Below are positions 57,205-64,000 of a DNA stretch of 64,000 bases, piece after piece (the stretch's first letter is position 1; the number at the start of each line of letters is the position of its first letter). The position numbers were made by a program, and so were the translations under genes. The stretch lies in assembly GCF_009914755.1 (NCBI RefSeq), contig NC_060929.1; one strand, given 5' to 3'. The notes below the pieces were generated by a model. The model made no database searches. It had not been told where the DNA came from and saw only the letters and a program-made list of their open reading frames with translations. Source of the DNA: the human T2T-CHM13v2.0 reference genome, Homo sapiens.

Positions 57205-57380
57205 CAACTTTAGTCCCTAGTTACATGACCTTGAGCATGCATTTGTTTTCTCTAAGCCTTTGTTTCCTCATCATATGATGTTAGTAAGATTAACCTCACA
57301 TGGTTGTTTTAAGTATAAAGTACACCAGTGTAAATGAAGGGCCTGGCATAATGTGTGCTACCTGCAGAAACACATAGTAT
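57205..57380 (+). mobile_element. MIR relic
   Basis: TGACCTTGAGCA...CCTTTGTTTCCTCATC...CCTCACATGGTTGTT. Confidence 0.65.
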
Positions 57381-58741
57381 GTCTCTTCCCTTTAAGTATG
57401 CATAAAAATCCAACATCAGAGAATGGACAAAACTGTGACACACCATCTTCTGGTGTACATGCATAATCACAATATCAAAATTCTACTTACTTCCAGCTCA
57501 AATAAATCCTTCCCTGATTTATATCTAGCACAATTGCTTTCTTTCCCTTTTGATGAAACCTCAGACACTTTACCAGTATCTATTAACATGATACTGTAAT
57601 TATTTATACATATATTCTCCATGTGAAAAATTAACTTAAAGCCAGAAACTCTTATTCTTCTTTCCTTTCTTTATGCTAATTAAAGAAGTTTTTGAAAGTA
57701 AATTAAGACAAATCTCTTTTAATGCTTATCCATTTAGGAATAAAAGGACTACGTTGAATAACAGAAGTTTCTATACAAGTTAACAAATGAGTAGTTAGCA
57801 CTTTCTTTGAGATTACATAACTTCTTCCCAAATTGTTATACATTGTTAGTAAGAGTTATATATTTAGTAATTTGTCCCTTGAGAAGGTTCTTGGTTCTCT
57901 GGAAGAGGAAAAATTCATAATGACCAGTTAATGATGTCAATGTAGTTGATTACTGTTGTTAGTAGAGTATACAAATTAATTTCCCCCAACTCCATTTTTC
58001 TCTTGCTTCTAGTCCCCATAAAAACATAAAGAATAGTTTTATTCTATCTGCAGCTTGTAAGTATTCACAATGGTACATAAAAGAAACACACAGAGTAAAA
58101 GTTTGACCCTGAAAGTTGGGAGAATGAGTAGCTCTGGATACCTCTAAATTGATGCGCATTAACCCAAGTGCAGGCATATCTTTAACTGTTTTTTATTGAA
58201 ACTATTAACACCCATTTCTCTGCCTCTTTAAACAAAACATCAAGAATATATTTAAAGGTCTTCCTGATTTCTGAGTCATCATTACTTACACAAGTATCAA
58301 TTATTGAGCTACATCTCAATACCTCCTATAGATACTATTGCCCCAGACAGTAAGTACTCCATATAGACTGTTGGACCAGACACGGTATATATCATTACCA
58401 AGACATAGCAACAGGGACAATATTATAGACTAGTGTTTGTCCTCTGTTCCTACCTATTCATTTCCCCAGAGTTGAGGAAGGAGTTATGTATTTATCCAAC
58501 AACCTCACTTCTCTATCTTCTGTCTTTTCTATGCTTCTTTGCTGAGGTGCCACTTGCGCTACCACTACAATTTCTATCACTTCTAACCAAAACACTTAAC
58601 TCTGCTGCTCTCTTCTGTCTTCTCTGCTGCTTTCAATCAACTGCCCATCCATAAGAATGCAAAAACTAATTACTAAAAAACACAGCATAATACTATGAAA
58701 GCACACATTTATTTTTTAAATCAACATATATTTATAATAAA

Positions 58742-58985
58742 TTCCAAATAAACTTTAGAGTAAGTGTGTTGAGGTATGCAAAAAATCTTACTGAAATTTT
58801 TACTGTGGTTGCACTGAATACACAAATTAATTTGGGGAGAACTGGCATCTTTAAAACATTATGTCATCCCATGGTAATTCTCTTCTATTAGTTATGTCTT
58901 TTTTCATATCCTTTAATAGAGTTTCATAATTACTCCATAATGATCTTTTGCATTCTTTTTAAAGGTTAGCTACTTGATTGTTCCT
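58742..58985 (-). mobile_element. Old L1ME ORF2 segment, inverted relative to the adjacent L1
   Basis: TTAATTTGGGGAGAACTGGCATCTTT is the reverse complement of L1 ORF2 AAGATGTCAATTCTCCCCAAATT. Confidence 0.7.
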
Positions 58986-58997
58986 ATTACGAATGTT

Positions 58998-60835
58998 GCT
59001 AAGTCAATTTTTTAAAAGGGGGAGGACTTGCCCTATCAGACTTTAGAACACAGTGCAAAGCCACTGTATAAAAAACATTGATACTAAACACAAATAGACA
59101 ACTGATCAATGAAATATGAGAAATAATTCGTACATAGTAAGTGTGTACTACCAATCAGCAGGAAAAGTGCAAACTGCTTGTATTCTACAGGAAGAAAAAT
59201 AAAATCACCCCCCACACCTCACAGCCTATACAAAGGTAAACTCCTAAGAAATTACAGACCCAAATATAAAATATAAAATTATAAAGCAAATAGAAAATGG
59301 AGAGGGATATGTAATATCGGGTTAGAAGAGCATTTCTTCAGACCACAAAAACACAAACCACAATGTGTTGATTTACATGTTGTGACGTGATGATTTAACC
59401 ACTTGAAAATTAAGGATTCCTTATCAAACGCAGCTACGATGGACAGAAATAACAAATTATAACAACATCTAAAACCAACACAGGTTAATGTCTAGAATAT
59501 TCAAGACGCTCCTATTGAGTAGGCAAAATGGACAAAGGATATAAATAGCCAATTCATGTTTATTTATTCAACAAATATTTATAGAGAACTTACCTTTTTA
59601 AGTGCTAGGGATACAGGTGTGAACACAGGTAAGGTCTCTGCCTTCAAGGAACTTGAGCAGAGAAAATAAATAAATACATAACATAATATAAGGTTTTGTT
59701 GTGATAAAGACAATGAAAGATAAAGCAGAACTCTCTGGGGACATGACATTTAAGAAGAGATCTGAATGGAGTGAGTGAGCCACGTGAATAAGGGGAAAGA
59801 GTTTTTTAGGCATAATAAAACAGCAAGAATGGGAGGTCTTAAGGAGAACAGAAAACAAATACGTGAAGAGATAACTAACCTCACTAATAATCAGAGAAAT
59901 AAAAATTTAAATAATATACCACTTTACAAATGAAAGATTGGCAAAAATATAATGTAAGTTAATACAGAGTGCCAGTGGAAATGGAGGAAAAGAGAACTAC
60001 TATGTACTCCTAGTGAGAATGTACACTAGTACAGACATTCTGGAAATCAAGTTGGCAAAACTTAGTGAAATGAAGTATATGTATATATACCCTATTATCC
60101 AGAGATCCCACTCTGAAAAATCAAAGTTCTCCCAAAAGCCCATAAGAGGACATGTATGAAAATGAAAATCAAAGTTGTCTGTGGTAGCAGAATATTACAG
60201 ACAAACTAGGTGACCATCACCAGAGGGCCAGAGATGTGGTAAGTGCATTCACTGACATACCTAGAGCAGTTACAAGTTATGAAACAGATATACAGAGATC
60301 CAAATGGGTAGCGGTTTTTTGATGTTTTTGGCACTGAAATACAGTTTTAAAAAGTCTCAGATTTGCTTCAAAATAATACAGTTTGCAGAGGTGGAGTTGT
60401 GGGGAGGAGGCACTAGGGGAGGAATGGTTAATAATATGAAGCAAGATCAGCTCTGAGCTGATAATTGTTGATGCTGGATGATGGACACATGGTGGGTTGA
60501 TACTTTCTCTACATTTGGATCTGTTTGAAGTTTTCTATCATAAAAGGCATTTTAACATGTTGAATGAAAAAAGAAACAGAAGATCTTTAGCACAATATAA
60601 TTTATATAAATTAAAAATATGTGTGCATAAAACAGCACCATATATTTTTTAAAGAGACAGACATATTCAAAAAAACATTAGTACGAACATCTATGTAGGC
60701 AGAGAATTAGAATGAATACTGGGGATAAATGAGAACTATTTTAAATAAAACAAGAGAGGAGTCTTGCCAAAAGCTGATAGTCTGTCATTAATCTGAGGAG
60801 TTTGATGAATTCAACTTTTTGCACCTGAGGTCAGA
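58998..60835 (+). mobile_element. Old L1ME-class ORF2 and 3' end, interrupted by an L2 (about 59555-59850) and another L1M 3' piece (about 60320-60545)
   Basis: GGAGGACTTGCCCTATCAGA...CCTCACTAATAATCAGAGAAAT...GATCCCACTC. Confidence 0.65.
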
Positions 60836-60974
60836 AAAGAAACACTGAACAAATACAGAGCCCTCCGGGACCACATAGGAGATGTAACTAAATCTGATTT
60901 GGGAGGAGGGGGTATTCCTGCCCCATACCTTAGACACACTGAATCATAATCTCTGGGATCAGGCCAAAGGTTCT

Positions 60975-61110
60975 ACTGTTCAATTTCCATTTCAGAGGAG
61001 AAACAACAGTACAGTAAGTGAAATAATATTCCAAGCTCACAAACCGGCAAGTGAAAGGGGTGGAATTCAAGCCCAGGGCCAGAACTGCCACTGTTATTCA
61101 CTGTGCTACC
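60975..61110 (-). mobile_element. MIR relic
   Basis: CCATTTCAGAGGAGAAAC...CCAAGCTCACA...GGAATTCAAGCCCAGG. Confidence 0.65.
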
Positions 61111-61669
61111 AATGCTGCACTATTATACTTAAAACCTGCATACTATTACCAACTGAAGTTCCTAAACTGTTATTGTATCCCACAATGACACTGCTCTTAG
61201 CAACCACAGAGAAAATTAAATTCTATATAGTTTATATACCCCCAATCATCCTCATCTACTTTTTCAACAAATATCCCACTTTTCTCCAAGATAAATCCTC
61301 TCTTCCAGTCACACTAGTCCTCCCTACTGCTTCCAGGATACCCACAACACTTCTAAGCAGTTTCTCCAAACTAAAATACCCTCAATTCCCTTCTATATTT
61401 ATTTATATCCCATTCATCCTACACGGTCCAGTATGCAGAACACTTTCACAGCATTAATTGAATGAACTAAAGTCCCACAGCTGCTCCATGAGGTTTCCCT
61501 GATGACTTCAGCACATACCTTTTCCTCCTTTAATTTCTTTTGCACTTACTCTGTACGCCATTCAATTAGCACCTTATTACAGTAACACCCCATTTATCCA
61601 GCGTCATTGGGAAAGGAAAGTGTTCATCAGAAGCAAATTTTCCAGAGAACCTAAGCATTAATTTAGGAA

Positions 61670-61860
61670 GCGGCAAAATAGAGTGAAAATAGTGCCGACT
61701 TTAGTTACAAACAGACCTAAGTTCAAATCCCAGTTCTGCCACTTACTAGCTAAGTGTCTTTGGGCAAATATCAACAAACCTTTCTAAGTCTGTTGCATTG
61801 CCTATAAAGTAGAATATACTACTAACTTCACAACATTGTTGGGGGTATTAATCACATATG
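61670..61860 (+). mobile_element. MIR
   Basis: CAGACCTAAGTTCAAATCCCAGTTCTGCCACTTACTAGCT. Confidence 0.8.
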
Positions 61861-61869
61861 AAGAATATG

Positions 61870-62178
<309 letters not shown>

Positions 62179-62309
62179 TTAAATCATGACTACAACTATT
62201 AGGCACTAATGCATTAAAATCATTTTATGGAAATATTCATCAAATGCGTATAATTTGAGATTTTTCTCAGAGGACAGTAAATATAAATTGAGCATCTCTT
62301 GATAACTCA

Positions 62310-62790
62310 TAATTCATTCAACATTTGCTCATTCAATAAATATTTAACCAGGGCCAACTATAGGCAAAGTGACTAAGGATTCAAAAGAAAACATGGTAAA
62401 CATGGTCCCTGCACTCATGGAGTTTAGAGTCTACTAGTAATTAACTAATTTCACTTTGTGTTACAGGATACAAGTGAAACAAGGTACAGGGTGGAGAATA
62501 AGGGAGGACCTACTTTAGAAAGGATGGTCAGGGAAGGCCACTGGAACCTGATAGATCAAAAGAAGCCAGCCATAGAAAGGGCTGGGGAAAGGGAACACTG
62601 TCCTGAGGTGTCACAGGGCTAGCATATTCAAGGACTGAAAGAAGGCTATGGGGGATCAGGAATAAAAGGGAAAATAGCAAGAGATGTGTCTGCAGAATTA
62701 GGCAAGGACCAGATAATTCAGCGTCCTGTGAACCACCGTTAGTCTAAGTTTTATTCTAAAGGTAATGGGGAGTGACATGACAAGATAGAT
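62310..62790 (-). mobile_element. L2 3' end
   Basis: CATTCAATAAATATTTA...GGTCCCTGCACTCATGGAGTTTAGAGTCTA. Confidence 0.75.
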
Positions 62791-63044
62791 AATGTAAATG
62801 CAACAAGCATTTCAGGAACAGATGACTTTTTCTTATCCCTTTTTGGAGTTACCATTGACAAATCTGACTTAGCACTTCCATTTCAAAACAAAAACGGCGA
62901 CAATACAGTGCAATGATTTTCAAAGTTTTACTTAAAAGGGCAGCATCTTTTTTTAAATAAATAAAACATTTCATCTAAGATGGCCTCTCTTGTCCTCATT
63001 TCATATTATGTCACCTCCTTCAGTTCCTTCTATAACAGAGTTTG

Positions 63045-63250
63045 AAAACATTGGTATAGAGAACATTGGTCGAGGAGTCAGAAAATTTCAGTTATAGTCC
63101 TGACTATGACTTAACAGCCATATAACCTTGTGCAAGCCACTTAATGCCTTGACTCAACTTCTCCTTTACTAAAATGGATATAATGCCTGACATGCTTACC
63201 ACACACAATAATAGTGTGGATCAGATGCAATAATTTGGGCGAGGAAAGCT
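63045..63250 (+). mobile_element. MIR relic
   Basis: GGAGTCAGAAAA...ACCTTGTGCAAGCCACTTAA...AAAATGGATATAAT. Confidence 0.65.
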
Positions 63251-63557
63251 GTCAACATCGAGAATGTAAACTAGAAACTATATATCTTACAGATTTTGTA
63301 ATAAATTCTGGTTGCTTGATTGATGTCTGAATCATTTTAAAATATTAAAGCTCCAAGCATGAATTAACTTGCGCAAATGTCCAAGCCAATTAACAAATTA
63401 GTGGGTATGGCATTAAATGAAACCAACGCATCTACTGAATCCCTACTAAAACTGAGGCCCTATGCAATGCTATAACCAGTAACAAAGAAAAACTAAATTT
63501 GATGTTTAATAGAGAATGAAGTTTAATTTTTAAATTACTTATTGAGTCTTAAAAGTC

Positions 63558-63745
63558 AGTATTCTGTATTTTAAAATTAAGAGAATACCTTTCAAATGTC
63601 TCACCATAAAAAATGATAGGTAAGAGAGGTGATATGTTAATTAGCCTGATTTAATCATTCCACACTGCATACATATATCAAAACACCGTATTGTACCACA
63701 TAAATGTATATAATTATTTTTCAATCAAAAATATTAAAAATAAAA
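63558..63745 (+). mobile_element. L1MA (MA6-9-like) 3' terminal fragment
   Basis: GAGGTGATATGTTAATTAGCCTGATTTAATCATTCCACA...CATATATCAAAACA. Confidence 0.8.
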
Positions 63746-64000
63746 ATTATAATGTTAATGGGTTAAAAAATAAATATGCTGTCCTCAATTTCTCAATACT
63801 TTCAAAGTGTTAAACTTACTCATTTTTATGAATCACTGAATTAGGTTATATTTGCGCATAAAAAGTTCATCTGAACTAGCCTACCTTCAAATAGGTTGGC
63901 TTCTCTCTTTAAAAAAATATAAAGAAATAACGTGAAGATAGGAATTTTCAAGCAATTATAAAACAATGTGAAACAGTAAATCCCCTTTGCAGCAATTAGA

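Overview
Human (primate) AT-rich, repeat-dense non-coding DNA, most likely from a long intron of a gene transcribed on the minus strand. The species call rests on an AluYb8 at 46965-47220 that matches the consensus as I recall it. I see no complete protein-coding gene, RNA gene, CpG island or prokaryotic-type system. Nearly all ORFs in the track are decayed L1, Alu, Tigger1 or LTR sequence, or simple repeats. Roughly 60% or more of the window is recognisable transposon sequence: about 17 Alus, two near full-length old L1s (L1MC-type 11801-20156 and L1MA2-type 21533-29065), a HAL1-like element, a near full-length Tigger1, several MaLR/ERVL LTRs and L2/MIR/L3 relics. The best gene-like signal is a 54-nt minus-strand exon candidate with strong splice sites (1112-1165). 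The other notable observations concern insertion and repair mechanisms: two twin-primed 5'-inverted L1s, an MST element with an intact TSD but no 5' LTR, a template-switch hairpin inside an AluJ, a local duplication of about 73 bp, a young L1 stub without a TSD, and a human-specific inverted Alu pair. I found no evidence for a new biological system. Subfamily names come from recalled consensus motifs and need RepeatMasker/Dfam confirmation.
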